Part shown: positions 35,501-50,710 of the stretch, in pieces
Layout: each line of letters begins with the position of its first letter
Position numbering within the stretch: position 1 is the stretch's first letter
From: Octopus sinensis
Lineage: Eukaryota
Assembly (NCBI RefSeq): GCF_006345805.1
Contig: NW_021834224.1
Span: 6,543-70,542, forward strand
Length of the DNA stretch: 64,000 nucleotides
Direction of reading: 5' to 3'
Notes under the pieces: model-generated
Told to the model about the DNA's origin: nothing
Databases searched by the model: none
The model's input: only the letters and a program-made list of their open reading frames with translations
Program-made: the position numbers and the translations under genes

Positions 35501-38500
35501 TGGATGCTAAAGGGTTAATGTTTAAAGAAGCCAGATCCAGCCTCTCGTACCTGTCCTACAATGTCATTCTAAGAATAAACAATCACATCATTGATAATCT
35601 CAAAGCTACGAGATAAAACATGATTGATGGAGAACAATGATCATACTACCATGGCATTTGACAGAATAATCTGGATGCTAAAGGTTAATGTTTAAAGAAG
35701 CCAGATCCAGCCTCTCGTACCTGTCCTACAATGTCATTCTAAGAATAAACAATCACATCATTGATAATCTCAAAGCTACGAGATAAAACATGATTAATGG
35801 AGAACAATGATCATACATAAGCCATGGCATTTGACAGAATAATCTGGATGCTAAAGGGTTAATGTTTAAAGAAGCCAGATCCAGCCTCTCGTACCTGTCC
35901 TACAATGTCATTCTAAGAATAAACAATCACATCATTGATAATCTCAAAGCTACGAGATAAAACATGATTGATGGAGAACAATGATCATACATAAGCCATG
36001 GCATTTGACAGAATAGTCTGAATGCTAAAGGGTTAATGTTTAAAGAAGCCAGATCCAGCCTCTCGTACCTGTCCTACAATGTCAATCTAATAAACAATCA
36101 CACACATCATTGATAATCTCAAAGCTATGAGATAACATGATTGATGGAGAACAATGATCATACATAAGCCATGGCATTTGACAGAATAGTCTGAATGCTA
36201 AAGGGTTAATGTTTAAAGAAGCCAGATCCAGCCTCTCGTACCTGTCCTACAATGTCAATCTAAGAATAAACAATCACATCATTGATAATCTCAAAGCTAT
36301 GAGATAAAACATGATTGATGGAGAACAATGATCATACATAAGCCATGGCATTTGACAGAATAGTCTGAATGCTAAAGGGTTAATGTTTAAAGAAGCCAGA
36401 TCCAGCCTCTCGTACCTGTCTACAATGTCAATCTAAGAATAACAATCACATCATTGATAATCTCAAAGCTACGAGATAAAACATGATTGATGGAGAACAA
36501 TGATCATACATAAGCAATGGCATTTGACAGAATAATCTGAATGCTAAAGGGTTATGTTTAAGAAGCCAGATCCAGCCTCTCGTACCTGTCCTACAATGTC
36601 AATCGAAGAATAAACAATCACATCATTGATAATCTCAAAGCTACGAGATAAAACATGATTGATGGAGAACAATGATCATACATAAGCCATGGCATTTGAC
36701 AGAATAGTCTGAATGGTAAAGGGTTAATGTTAAAAGAAGCCAGATCCAGCCTCTCCTACCTGTCCTACAATGTCAATCTAAGAATAAAAAATCACATCAT
36801 TGATAATCTCAAAGCTACGAGATAAAACATGATTGATGGAGAACAATGATCATACATAAGCCATGGCATTTGACAGAATAGTCTGAATGCTAAAGGGTTA
36901 AGTTTTAAAGAAGCCAGATCCAGCCTCTCCTACCTGTCCTACATGTCAATCTAAGAATAAACAATCACATCATTGATAATCTCAAAGCTACGAGATAAAA
37001 CATGATTGATGGAGAACAATGATCATACATAAGCCATGGCATTTGACAGAATAGTCTGAATGCTAAAGGGTTAATGTTTAAAGAAGCCAGATCCAGCCTC
37101 TCGTACCTGTCCTACAATGTCAATCTAAGAATAAACAATCACATCATTGATAATCTCAAAGCTATGAGATAAAACATGATTGATGGAGAACAATGATCAT
37201 ACATAAGCCATGGCATTTGACAGAATAGTCTGAATGCTAAAGGGTTAATGTTTAAAGAAGCCAGATCCAGCCCCTCCTACCTGTCCTACAATGTCAATCT
37301 AAGAATAAACAATCACATCATTGATAATCTCAAAGCTACGAGATAAAACATGATTGATGGAGAACAATGATCATACATAAGCCATGGCATTTGACAGAGT
37401 AATCTGGATGCTAAAGGGTTAATGTTTAAAGAAGCCAGATCCAGCCTCTCGTACCGGTCCTACAATGTCAATCTAAGAATAAACAATCACATCATTGATA
37501 ATCTCAAAGCTACGAGATAAAACATGATTGATGGAGAACAATGATCATACATAAGCCATGGCATTTGACAGAATAGTCTGAATGCTAAAGTGTTAATGTT
37601 TAAAGAAGCCAGATCCAGCCTCTCGTACCTGTCCTACAATGTCAATCTAAGAATAAACAATCACATCATTGATAATCTCAAAGCTATGAGATAAAACATG
37701 ATTGATGGAGAACAATGATCATACATAAGCCATGGCATTTGACAGAATAGTCTGAATGCTAAAGGGTTAATGTTTAAAGAAGCCAGATCCAGCCTCTGGT
37801 ACCTGTCCTACAATGTCAATCTAAGAATAAACAATCACATCATTGATAATCTCAAAGCTATGAGATAAAACATGATTGATGGAGAACAATGATCATACAT
37901 AAGCCATGGCATTTGACAGAATAATCTGAATGCTAAAGGGTTAATGTTTAAAGAAGCCAGATCCAGCCTCTCGTACCTGTCCTACAATGTCAATCTAAGA
38001 ATAAACAATCACATCATTGATAATCTCAAAGCTATGAGATAAAACATGATTGATGGAGAACAATGATCATACATAAGCCATGGCATTTGACAGAATAGTC
38101 TGAATGCTAAAGGGTTAATGTTTAAAAAGCCAGATCCAGCCTCTCGTACCTGTCCTACAATGTCAATCTAAGAATAAACAATCACATCATTGATAATCTC
38201 AAAGCTACGAGATAAAACATGATTGATGGAGAACAATGATCATACATAAGCAATGGCATTTGACAGAATAATCTGAATGCTAAAGGGTTAATGTTTAAAA
38301 AGCCAGATCCAGCCTCTCGTACCTGTCCTACAATGTCAATCTAAGAATAAACAATCACATCATTGATAATCTCAAAGCTACGAGATAAAAATGATTGATG
38401 GAGAACAATGATCATACATAAGCCATGGCATTTGACAGAATAATCTGAATGCTAAAGGGTTAATGTTTAAAGAAGCCAGATCCAGCCTCTCCTACCTACC

Positions 38501-41500
38501 TGTCCTACAATGTCAATCTAAGAAGAAAACAATCACATCATTGATAATCTCAAAGCTACGAGATAAAACATGATTGATGGAGAACAATGATCATACATAA
38601 GCCATGGCATTGACAGAATAATCTGGATGCTAAAGGTTAATGTTTAAAGAAGCCAGATCCTGCCTTTCCTACCTGTCCTACAATGTCAATCTAAGAATAA
38701 ACAATCACATCATTGATAATCTCAAAGCTACGAGATAAAACATGATTGATGGAGAACAATGATCATACATAAGCCATGGCATTTGACAGAATAGTCTGAA
38801 TGCTAAAGGGTTAATGTTTAAAGAAGCCAGATCCAGCCCCTCCTACCTGTCCTACAATGTCAATCTAAGAATAAACAATCACATCATTGATAATCTCAAA
38901 GCTACGAGATAAAACATGATTGATGGAGAACAATGATCATACATAAGCCATGGCATTTGACAGAGTAATCTGGATGCTAAAGGGTTAATGTTTAAAGAAG
39001 CCAGATCCAGCCTCTCGTACCGGTCCTACAATGTCAATCTAAGAATAAACAATCACATCATTGATAATCTCAAAGCTACGAGATAAAACATGATTGATGG
39101 AGAACAATGATCATACATAAGCCATGGCATTTGACAGAATAGTCTGGATGCTAAAGGGTTAATGTTTAAAGAAGCCAGATCCAGCCTCTCGTACCTGTCC
39201 TACAATGTCAATCTAAGAATAAACAATCACATCATTGATAATCTCAAAGCTATGAGATAAAACATGATTGATGGAGAACAATGATCATACATAAGCCATG
39301 GCATTTGACAGAATAGTCTGAATGCTAAAGGTTAATGTTTAAAGAAGCCAGATCCAGCCTCTCGTACCTGTCCTACAATGTCAATCTAAGAATAAACAAT
39401 CACATCATTGATAATCTCAAAGCTACAAGATAAAACATGATTGATGGAGAACAATGATCATACATAAGCCATGGCATTTGACAGAATAATCTGGATGCTA
39501 AAGGGTTAATGTTTAAAGAAGCCAGATCCAGCCTCTCGTACCTGTCCTACAATGTCAATCTAAGAATAAACAATCACATCATTGATAATCTCAAAGCTAT
39601 GAGATAAAACATGATTGATAGAGAACAATGATCATACATAAGCCATGGCATTTGACAGAATAATCTGAATGCTAAAGGGTTAATGTTTAAAGAAGCCAGA
39701 TCCAGCCTCTCGTACCTGTCCTACAATGTCAATCTAAGAATAAACAATCACATCATTGATAATCTCAAAGCTACAAGATAAAACATGATTGATGGAGAAC
39801 AATGATCATACATAAGCCATGGCATTTGACAGAATAGTCTGAATGCTAAAGGGTTAATGTTTAAAGAAGCCAGATCCAGCCTCTCGTACCTGTCCTACAA
39901 TGTCAATCTAAGAATAAACAATCACATCATTGATAATCTCAAAGCTACGAGATAAAACATGATTGATGGAGAACAATGATCATACATAAGCCATGGCATT
40001 TGACAGAATAGTCTGAATGCTAAAGGGTTAATGTTTAAAGAAGCCAGATCCAGCCTCTCCTACCTGTCCTACAATGTCAATCTAAGAATAAACAATCACA
40101 TCATTGATAATCTCAAAGCTACGAGATAAAACATGATTGATGGAGAACAATGATCATACATAAGCCATGGCATTTGACAGAATAGTCTGAATGCTAAAGG
40201 GTTAATGTTTAAAGAAGCCAGATCCAGCCTCTCGTACCTGTCCTACAATGTCAATCTAAGTATAAACAATCAATCATTGATAATCTCAAAAAGCTACGAG
40301 ATAAAAGATGATTGATGGAGAACAATGATCATACATAAGCCATGGCATTTGACAGAATAATCTGAATGCTAAAGGGTCAATGTTTAAAGAAGCCAGATCC
40401 AGCCTCTCGTACCTGTCCTACAATGTCAATCTAAGAATAAACAATCACATCATTGATAATCTCAAAGCTACGAGATAAAACATGATTGATGGAGAACAAT
40501 GATCATACATAAGCCATGGCATTTGACAGAATAATCTGGATGCTAAAGGGTCAATGTTTAAAGAAGCCAGATCCAGCCTCTCGTACCTCTCCTACAATGT
40601 CAATCTAAGAATAAACAATCACATCATTGATAATCTCAAAGCTACGAGATAAAACATGATTGATGGAACAATGATCATACATAAGCCATGGCATTTGACA
40701 GAATAATCTGGATGCTAAAGGGTCAATGTTTAAAGAAGCCAGATCCAGCCTCTCGTACCTGTCCTACAATGTCAATCTAAGTATAAACAATCACATCATT
40801 GATAATCTCAAAGCTACGAGATAAAACATGATTGATGGAGAACAATGATCATACATAAGCCATGGCATTTGACAGAATAGTCTGAATGCTAAAGGGTTAA
40901 TGTTTAAAGAAGCCAGATCCAGCCTCTCGTACCTGTCCTACAATGTCATTCTAAGAATAAACAATCACATCATTGATAATCTCAAAGCTACGAGATAAAA
41001 CATGATTGATAGAGAACAATGATCATACATAAGCCATGGCATTTGACAGAATAATCTGGATGCTAAAGGGTAATGTTTAAAGAAGCCAGATCCAGCCTCT
41101 CGTACCTGTCCTACAATGTCAATCTAAGTATAAACAATCACATCATTGATAATCTCAAAGCTACGAGATATAAAACATGATTGATGGAGAACAATGATCA
41201 TACATAAGCCATGGCATTTGACAGAATAGTCTGAATGCTAAAGGGTTAATGTTTAAAGAAGCCAGATCCAGCCTCTCGTACCTGTCCTACAATGTCAATC
41301 TAAGAATAAACAATCACATCATTGATAATCTCAAAGCTACGAGATAAAACATGATTGATGGAGAACAATGATCATACATAAGCCAGGGCATTTGACAGAA
41401 TAGTCTGAATGCTAAAGGGTTAATGTTTAAAGAAGCCAGATCCAGCCTCTCGTACCTGTCCTACAATGTCAATCTAAGAATAAACAATCACATCATTGAT

Positions 41501-44500
41501 AATCTCAAAGCTACGAGATAAAACATGATTGATGGAGAACAATGATCATACATAAGCCATGGCATTTGACAGAATAATCTGAATGCTAAAGGGTTAATGT
41601 TTAAAGAAGCCAGATCCAGCCTCTCGTACCTGTCCTACAATGTCAATCTAAGAATAAACAATCACATCATTGATAATCTCAAAGCTACGAGATAAAACAT
41701 GATTGATGGAGAACAATGATCATACATAAGCCATGGCATTTGACAGAATAGTCTGAATGCTAAAGGGTTAATGTTTAAGAAGCCAGATCCAGCCTCTCGT
41801 ACCTGTCCTACAATGTCAATCTAAGAATAAACAATCACATCATTGATAATCTCAAAGCTACGAGATAAAACATGATTGATGGAGAACAATGATCAAACAT
41901 AAGCCATGGCATTTGACAGAATAGTCTGAATGCTAAAGGGTTAATGTTTAAAGAAGCCAGATCCAGCCTCTCGTGCCTGTCCTACAATGTCAATCTAAGA
42001 ATAAACAATCACATCATTGATAATCTCAAAGCTATGAGATAAAACATGATTGATGGAGAACAATGATCATACATAAGCCATGGCATTTGACAGAATAATC
42101 TGAATGCTAAAGGGTTAATGTTTAAAGAAGCCAGATCCAGCCTCTCGTACCTGTCCTACAATGTCAATCTAAGAATAAAATCACATCATTGATAATCTCA
42201 AAGCTACGAGATAAAACATGATTGATGGAGAACAATGATCATACATAAGCCATGGCATTTGACAGAATAATCTGGATGCTAAAGGGTTAATGTTTAAAGA
42301 AGCCAGATCCAGCCTCTCGTACCTGTCCTACAATGTCAATCTAAGAAAAAAACAATCACATCATTGATAATCTCAAAGCTACGAGATAAAACATGATTGA
42401 TGGAGAACAATGATCATACATAAGCCATGGCATTTGACAGAATAGTCTGAATGCTAAAGGGTTAATGTTTAAAGAAGCCAGATCCAGCCTCTCGTACCTG
42501 TCCTACAATGTCAATCTAAGAATAAACAATCACATCATTGATAATCTCAAAGCTACGAGATAAAACATGATTGATGGAGAACAATGATCATACAAAAGCC
42601 ATGGCATTTGACAGAATAATCTGGATGCTAAAGGGTTAATGTTTAAAGAAGCCAGATCCAGCCTCTTGTACCTGTCCTACAATGTCATTCTAAGAATAAA
42701 CAATCACATCATTGATAATCTCAAAGCTACGAGATAAAAATGATTGATGGAGAACAATGATCATACATAAGCCATGGCATTTCACAGAATAGTCTGGATG
42801 CTAAAGGGTTAATTTTAAAGAAGCCAGATCCAGCCTCTCGTACCTGTCCTACAATGTCATTCTAAGAATAAACAATCACATCATTGATAATCTCAAAGCT
42901 ACGAGATAAAGCATGATTGATGGAGAACAATGATCATACATAAGCCATGGCATTTGACAGAATAATCTGGATGCTAAAGGGTTAATGTTTAAAGAAGCCA
43001 GATCCAGCCTCTCGTACCTGTCCTACAATGTCATTCTAAGAATAAACAATCACATCATTGATAATCTCAAAGCTACGAGATAAAACATGATTGATGGAGA
43101 ACAATGATCATACATAAGCCATGGCATTTGACAGAATAGTCTGAATGCTAAAGGGTTAATGTTTAAAGAAGCCAGATCCAGCCTCTCGTACCTGTCCTAC
43201 AATGTCAATCTAAGAATAAACAATCACATCATTGATAATCTCAAAGCTATGAGATAAAACATGATTGATGGAGAACAATGATCATACATAAGCCATGGCA
43301 TTTGACAGAATAGTCTGAATGCTAAAGGGTTAATGTTTAAGAAGCCAGATCCAGCCTCTCGTACCTGTCCTACAATGTCAATCTAAGAATAAACAATCAC
43401 ATCATTGATAATCTCAAAGCTATGAGATAAAACATGATTGATGGAGAACAATGATCATACATAAGCCATGGCATTTGACAGAATAGTCTGAATGCTAAGG
43501 GTTAATGTTTAAAGAAGCCAGATCCAGCCTCTCGTACCTGTCCTACAATGTCAATCAAAGAATAAACAATCACATCATTGATAATCTCAAAGCTACGAGA
43601 TAAAACATGATTGATGGAGAATAATGATCATACATAAGCCATGGCATTTGACAGAATAATCTGAATGCTAAAGGGTTAATGTTTAAAGAAGCCAGATCCA
43701 GCCTCTCCTACCTGTCCTACAATGTCAATCTAAGAATAAAAAATCACATCATTGATAATCTCAAAGCTACGAGATAAAACATGATTGATGGAGAACAATG
43801 ATCATACATAAGCCATGGCATTTGACAGAATAATCTGAATGCTAAAGGGTTAATGTTTAAAGAAGCCAGATCCAGCCTCTCCTAGCTGTCCTACAATGTC
43901 AATCTAAGAATAAACAATCACATCATTGATAATCTCAAAGCTACGAGATAAAACATGATTGATGGAGAACAATGATCATACATAAGCCATGGCATTTGAC
44001 AGAATAATCTGAATGCTAAAGGGTTAATGTTTAAAGAAGCCAGATCCAGCCTCTCCTACCTGTCCTACAATGTCAATCTAAGAATAAACAATCACATCAT
44101 TGATAATCTCAAAGCTACGAGATAAAACATGATTGATGGAGAACAATGATCATACATAAGCCATGGCATTTGACAGAATAATCTGGATGCTAAAGGGTTA
44201 ATGTTTAAAGAAGCCAGATCCAGCCTCTTGTACCTGTCCTACAATGTCATTCTAAGAATAAACAATCACATCATTGATAATCTCAAAGCTACGAGATAAA
44301 ACATGATTGATGGAGAACAATGATCATACATAAGCCATGGCATTTCACAGAATAGTCTGGATGCTAAAGGGTTAATGTTTAAAGAAGCCAGACCCAGCCT
44401 CTCGTACCTGTCCTACAATGTCATTCTAAGAATAAACAATCACATCATTGATAATCTCAAAGCTACGAGATAAAGCATGATTGATGGAGAACAATGATCA

Positions 44501-47500
44501 TACATAAGCCATGGCATTTGACAGAATAATCTGAATGCTAAAGGGTCAATGTTTAAAGAAGCCAGATCCAGCCTCTCCTACCTGTCCTACAATGTCATTC
44601 TAAGAATAAACATCACATCATTGATAATCTCAAAGCTACGAGATAAAACATGATTGATGGAGAACAATGATCATACATAAGCCATGGCATTTGACAGAAT
44701 AGTCTGGATGCTAAAGGGTTAATGTTTAAAGAAGCAAGATCCAGCCTCTCGTACCTGTCCTACAATGTCATTCTAAAAATAAACAATCACATCATTGATA
44801 ATCTCAAAGCTACGAGATAAAACATGATTGATGGAGAACAATGATCATACATAAGCCATGGCATTTGACAGAATAATCTGGATGCTAACGGGTTAATGTT
44901 TAAAGAAGCCAGATCCAGCCTCTCGTACCTGTCCTACAATGTCATTCTAAGAAAATAACAATCACATCATTGATAATCTGAAAGCTACGAGATAAAACGT
45001 GATTGATGGAGAACAATGATCATACATAAGCCATGGCATTTGACAGAATAGTCTGAATGCTAAAGGGTTAATGTTTAAAGAAGCCAGATCCAGCCTCTCG
45101 TACCTGTCCTACAATGTCAATCTAAGAATAAACAATCACATCATTGATAATCTCAAAGCTATGAGATAAAACATGATTGATGGAGAACAATGATCATACA
45201 TAAGCCATGGCATTTGACAGAATAGTCTGAATGCTAAAGGGTTAATGTTTAAAGAAGCCAGATCCAGCCTCTCGTACCTGTCCTACAATGTCAATCTAAG
45301 AATAAACAATCACATCATTGATAATCTCAAAGCTATGAGATAAAACATGATTGATGGAGAACAATGATCATACATAAGCCATGGCATTTGACAGAATAGT
45401 CTGAATGCTAAAGGGTTAATGTTTAAAGAAGCCAGATCCAGCCTCTCGTACCTGTCCTACAATGTCAATCAAAGAATAAACAATCACATCATTGATAATC
45501 TCAAAGCTACGAGATAAAACATGATTGATAGAGAATAATGATCATACATAAGCCATGGCATTTGACAGAATAATCTGAATGCTAAAGGGTTAATGTTTAA
45601 AGAAGCCAGATCCAGCCTCTCCTACCTGTCCTACAATGTCAATCTAAGAATAAAAAATCACATCATTGATAATCTCAAAGCTACGAGATAAAACATGATT
45701 GATGGAGAACAATGATCATACATAAGCCATGGCATTTGACAGAATAATCTGAATGCTAAAGGGTTAATGTTTAAAGAAGCCAGATCCAGCCTCTCCTAGC
45801 TGTCCTACAATGTCAATCTAAGAATAAACAATCACATCATTGATAATCTCAAAGCTACGAGATAAAACATGATTGATGGAGAACAATGATCATACATAAG
45901 CCATGGCATTTGACAGAATAATCTGAATGCTAAAGGGTTAATGTTTAAAGAAGCCAGATCCAGCCTCTCCTACCTGTCCTACAATGTCAATCTAAGAATA
46001 AACAATCACATCATTGATAATCTCAAAGCTACGAGATAAAGCATGATTGATGGAGAACAATGATCATACATAAGCCATGGCATTTGACAGAATAATCTGG
46101 ATGCTAAAGGGTTAATGTTTAAAGAAGCCAGATCCAGCCTCTCGTACCTGTCCTACAATGTCATTCTAAGAATAAACAATCACATCATTGATAATCTGAA
46201 AGCTACGAGATAAAACATGATTGATGGAGAACAATGATCATACATAAGCCATGGCATTTGACAGAATAGTCTGAATGCTAAAGGGTTAATGTTTAAAGAA
46301 GCCAGATCCAGCCTCTCGTACCTGTCCTACAATGTCAATCTAAGAATAAACAATCACATCATTGATAATCTCAAAGCTATGAGATAAAACATGATTGATG
46401 GAGAACAATGATCATACATAAGCCATGGCATTTGACAGAATAGTCTGAATGCTAAAGGGTTAATGTTTAAAGAAGCCAGATCCAGCCTCTCGTACCTGTC
46501 CTACAATGTCAATCTAAGAATAAACAATCACATCATTGATAATCTCAAAGCTACGAGATAAAACATGATTGATGGAGAACAATGATCATACATAAGCCAT
46601 GGCATTTGACAGAATAATATGAATGCTAAAGGGTTAATGTTTAAAGAAGCCAGATCCAGCCTCTCCTACCTGTCCTACAATGTCAATCTAAGAATAAACA
46701 ATCACATCATGATAATCTCAAAGCTACGAGATAAAACTGATTGATGGATGAGATAAATGATACATGAATTGAGCCTGATTTACAATAATGCTAATTTTAA
46801 TGTTTAAAGAAGCCAGATCCTGCCTTTCCTACCTGTCCTACAATGTCAATCTAAGAATAAACAATCACATCATTGATAATCTCAAAGCTACGAGATAAAA
46901 CATGATTGATGGAGAACAATGATCATACATAAGCCATGGCATTTGACAGAATAGTCTGAATGCTAAAGGGTTAATGTTTAAAGAAGCCAGATCCAGCCTC
47001 TCGTACCGGTCCTACAATGTCAATCTAAGAATAAACAATCACATCATTGATAATCTCAAAGCTACGAGATAAAACATGATTGATGGAGAACAATGATCAT
47101 ACATAAGCCATGGCATTTGACAGAATAGTCTGAATGCTAAAGGGTTAATGTTTAAAGAAGCCAGATCCAGCCTCTCGTACCTGTCCTACAATGTCAATCT
47201 AAGAATAAACAATCACATCATTGATAATCTCAAAGCTATGAGATAAAACATGATTGATGGAGAACAATGATCATACATAAGCCATGGCATTTGACAGAAT
47301 AGTCTGAATGCTAAAGGGTTAATGTTTAAAGAAGCCAGATCCAGCCCCTCCTACCTGTCCTACAATGTCAATCTAAGAATAAACAATCACATCATTGATA
47401 ATCTCAAGCAACGAGATAAAACATGATTGATGGAGAACAATGATCATACATAAGCCATGGCATTTGACAGAGTAATCTGGATGCTAAAGGGTTATGTTTA

Positions 47501-49885
47501 AAGAAGCCAGATCCAGCCTCTCGTACCGGTCCTACAATGTCAATCTAAGAATAAACAATCACATCATTGATAATCTCAAAGCTACGAGATAAAACATGAT
47601 TGATGGAGAACAATGATCATACATAAGCCATGGCATTTGACAGAATAGTCTGAATGCTAAAGGGTTAATGTTTAAAGAAGCCAGATCCAGCCTCTCGTAC
47701 CTGTCCTACAATGTCAATCTAAGAAAAAACAATCACATCATTGATAATCTCAAAGCTACAAGATAAAACATGATTGATGGAGAACAATGATCATACATAA
47801 GCCATGGCATTTGACAGAATAATCTGGATGCTAAAGGGTTAATGTTTAAAGAAGCCAGATCCAGCATCTCTCTACCTGTCCTACAATGTCAATCTAAGAA
47901 TAAACAATCACATCATTGATAATCTCAAAGCTATGAGATAAAACATGATTGATAGAGAACAATGATCATACATAAGCCATGGCATTTGACAGAATAATCT
48001 GAATGCTAAAGGGTTAATGTTTAAAGAAGCCAGATCCAGCCTCTCGTACCTGTCCTACAATGTCAATCTAAGAATAAACAATCACATCATTGATAATCTC
48101 AAAGCTACGAGATAAAACATGATTGATGGAGAACAATGATCATACATAAGCCATGGCATTTGACAGAATAGTCTGAATGCTAAAGGGTTAATGTTTAAAG
48201 AAGCCAGATCCAGCCTCTCCTACCTGTCCTACAATGTCAATCTAAGAATAAACAATCACATCATTGGTAATCTCAAAGCTACGAGATAAAACATGATTGA
48301 TGGAGAACAATGATCATACATAAGCCATGGCATTTGACAGAATAATCTGGATGCTAAAGGGTCAATGTTTAAAGAAGCCAGATCCAGCCTCTCGTACCTG
48401 TCCTACAATGTCAATCTAAGAATAAACAATCACATCATTGATAATCTCAAAGCTACGAGATAAAACATGATTGATGGAGAACAATGATCATACATAAGCT
48501 ATGGCATTTGACAGAATAATCTGGATGCTAAAAGGTCAATGTTTAAAGAAGCCAGATCCAGCCTCTCGTGCCTGTCCTACAATGTCAATCTAAGAATAAA
48601 CAATCACATCATTGATAATCTCAAAGCTACGAGATAAAACATGATTGATGGAGAACAATGATCATACATAAGCCATGGCATTTGACAGAATAGTCTGAAT
48701 GCTAAAGGGTTAATGTTTAAAGAAGCCAGATCCAGCTTCTCCTACCTGTCCTACAATGTCAATCTAAGAATAAACAATCACATCATTGATAATCTCAAAG
48801 CTACGAGATAAAACATGATTGATGGAGAACAATGATCATACATAAGCCATGGCATTTGACAGAATAATCTGAATGCTAAAGGGTCAATGTTTAAAGAAGC
48901 CAGATCCAGCCTCTCGTACCTGTCCTACAATGTCAATCTAAGAATAAACAATCACATCATTGATAATCTCAAAGCTACGAGATAAAACATGATTGATGGA
49001 GAACAATGATCATACATAAGCCATGGCATTTGACAGAATAATCTGGATGCTAAAGGGTCAATGTTTAAAGAAGCCAGATCCAGCCTCTCGTACCTGTCCT
49101 ACAATGTCAATCTAAGTATAAACAATCACATCATTGATAATCTCAAAGCTACGAGATAAAACATGATTGATGGAGAACAATGATCATACATAAGCCATGG
49201 CATTTGACAGAATAGTCTGAATGCTAAAGGGTTAATGTTTAAAGAAGCCAGATCCAGCCTCTCGTACCTGTCCTACAATGTCATTCTAAGAATAAACAAT
49301 CACATCATTGATAATCTCAAAGCTACGAGATAAAACATGATTGATAGAGAACAATGATCATACATAAGCCATGGCATTTGACAGAATAGTCTGGATGCTA
49401 AAGGGTTAATGTTTAAAGAAGCCAGATCCAGCCTCTCGTGCCTGTCCTACAATGTCATTCTAAGAATAAACAATCACATCATTGATAATCTCAAAGCTAC
49501 GAGATAAAACATGATTGATGGAGAACAATGATCATACATGAGCTATGGCATTTGACAGAATAGTCTGAATGCTAAAGGGTTAATGTTTAAAGAAGCCAGA
49601 TCCTGCCTATCGTGCCTGTCCTACAATGTCATTCTAAGAATAAGCAACCACATTATCAAAACCTTGAACCTACACAATAATGCATGATCAATTCAAAACA
49701 TCGTGAATAAATCAGGGTTACATTTGACAGAATAATATGAATGAGAAAGGCCCAAATATTCTACTTGTTTTATGATCAAACTGGCCAGGTCTGGCCTCTC
49801 GCACCTACCCTACAATGTCATTCTAAAAATAAGCAACCACATCATCAAAACCTTGAAGCTACAAGATAATACATGATTATTTTTC
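29554..49885. repeat. 174-bp satellite array (~115 monomers) derived from a piggyBac-like MITE
   Basis: acaatgtcaatctaag recurs at 29827, 30001, 30175 and onward; each monomer ends atgctaaaggg-TTAA (MITE right end); the left edge has a degenerate MITE left end (ttaactcctttacatttaaactggcc, 29554) and the right edge grades into diverged MITE sequence. Confidence 0.97.
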
Positions 49886-49915
49886 AAGGACAAGATCTAA
49901 ATGTTGGATGACAGA

Positions 49916-50124
49916 CTCTTTTACTCTTTTACTTGTTTCAGTCATTTGACTGTGGCCATGCTGGAGCACCACCTTTAGTTGAGCAAATTGACCCCAGGAC
50001 TTATTCTTTGTAAGCCTAGTACTTATTCTATTGGTATGTTTTGCCAAACTGCTAAGTTACAGGGACGTAAACACACTGACATCGGTTGTCAAGCAATGCT
50101 AGGGGGACAAACACAGACACACAA

Positions 50125-50155
<31 letters not shown>

Positions 50156-50327
50156 CATATATACGACAGGCTTCTTTCAGTTTCTGTCTACCAAATCCAC
50201 TCACAAGGCATTGGTCGGCCCGGAGCTATAGCAGAAGACACTTGCCCAAGATGCCACGCAGTGGGATGGACTGAACCCACAACCATGTGGTTGTTAGCAA
50301 GCTACTTACCACACAGCCACTCTCGCC

Positions 50328-50359
<32 letters not shown>

Positions 50360-50710
50360 TACGACAGGCTTCTTTCAGTTTCCGTCTACCAAATCCACTC
50401 ACATGGCATTGGTCGGCTCGAGGCTATAGCAGAAGACACTTGCCCAAGATGCCACGCAGTGGGACTGAACCCGGAACCATGTGGTTGGTTAGCAAGCTAC
50501 TTACCACACAGCCACTCCTGCGCCTATATATATATATATACATATATACGACAGGCTTCTTTCAGTTTCCGTCTACCAAATCCACTCACAAGGCATTTGG
50601 CGGGCCCGGGGCTATAGCAGAAGACACTTGCCCAAGATGCCACGCAGTGGGACTGAACCCGAAACCATGTGGTCGGTTAGCAAGCTACTTACCACACAGC
50701 CACTCCTGGA
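49916..50710 (-). mobile_element. SINE family A with its 5' half present three times in tandem
   Basis: atatacgacaggcttctttcagttt..ccacacagccactc at ~50160, ~50358 and ~50545. Confidence 0.85.
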
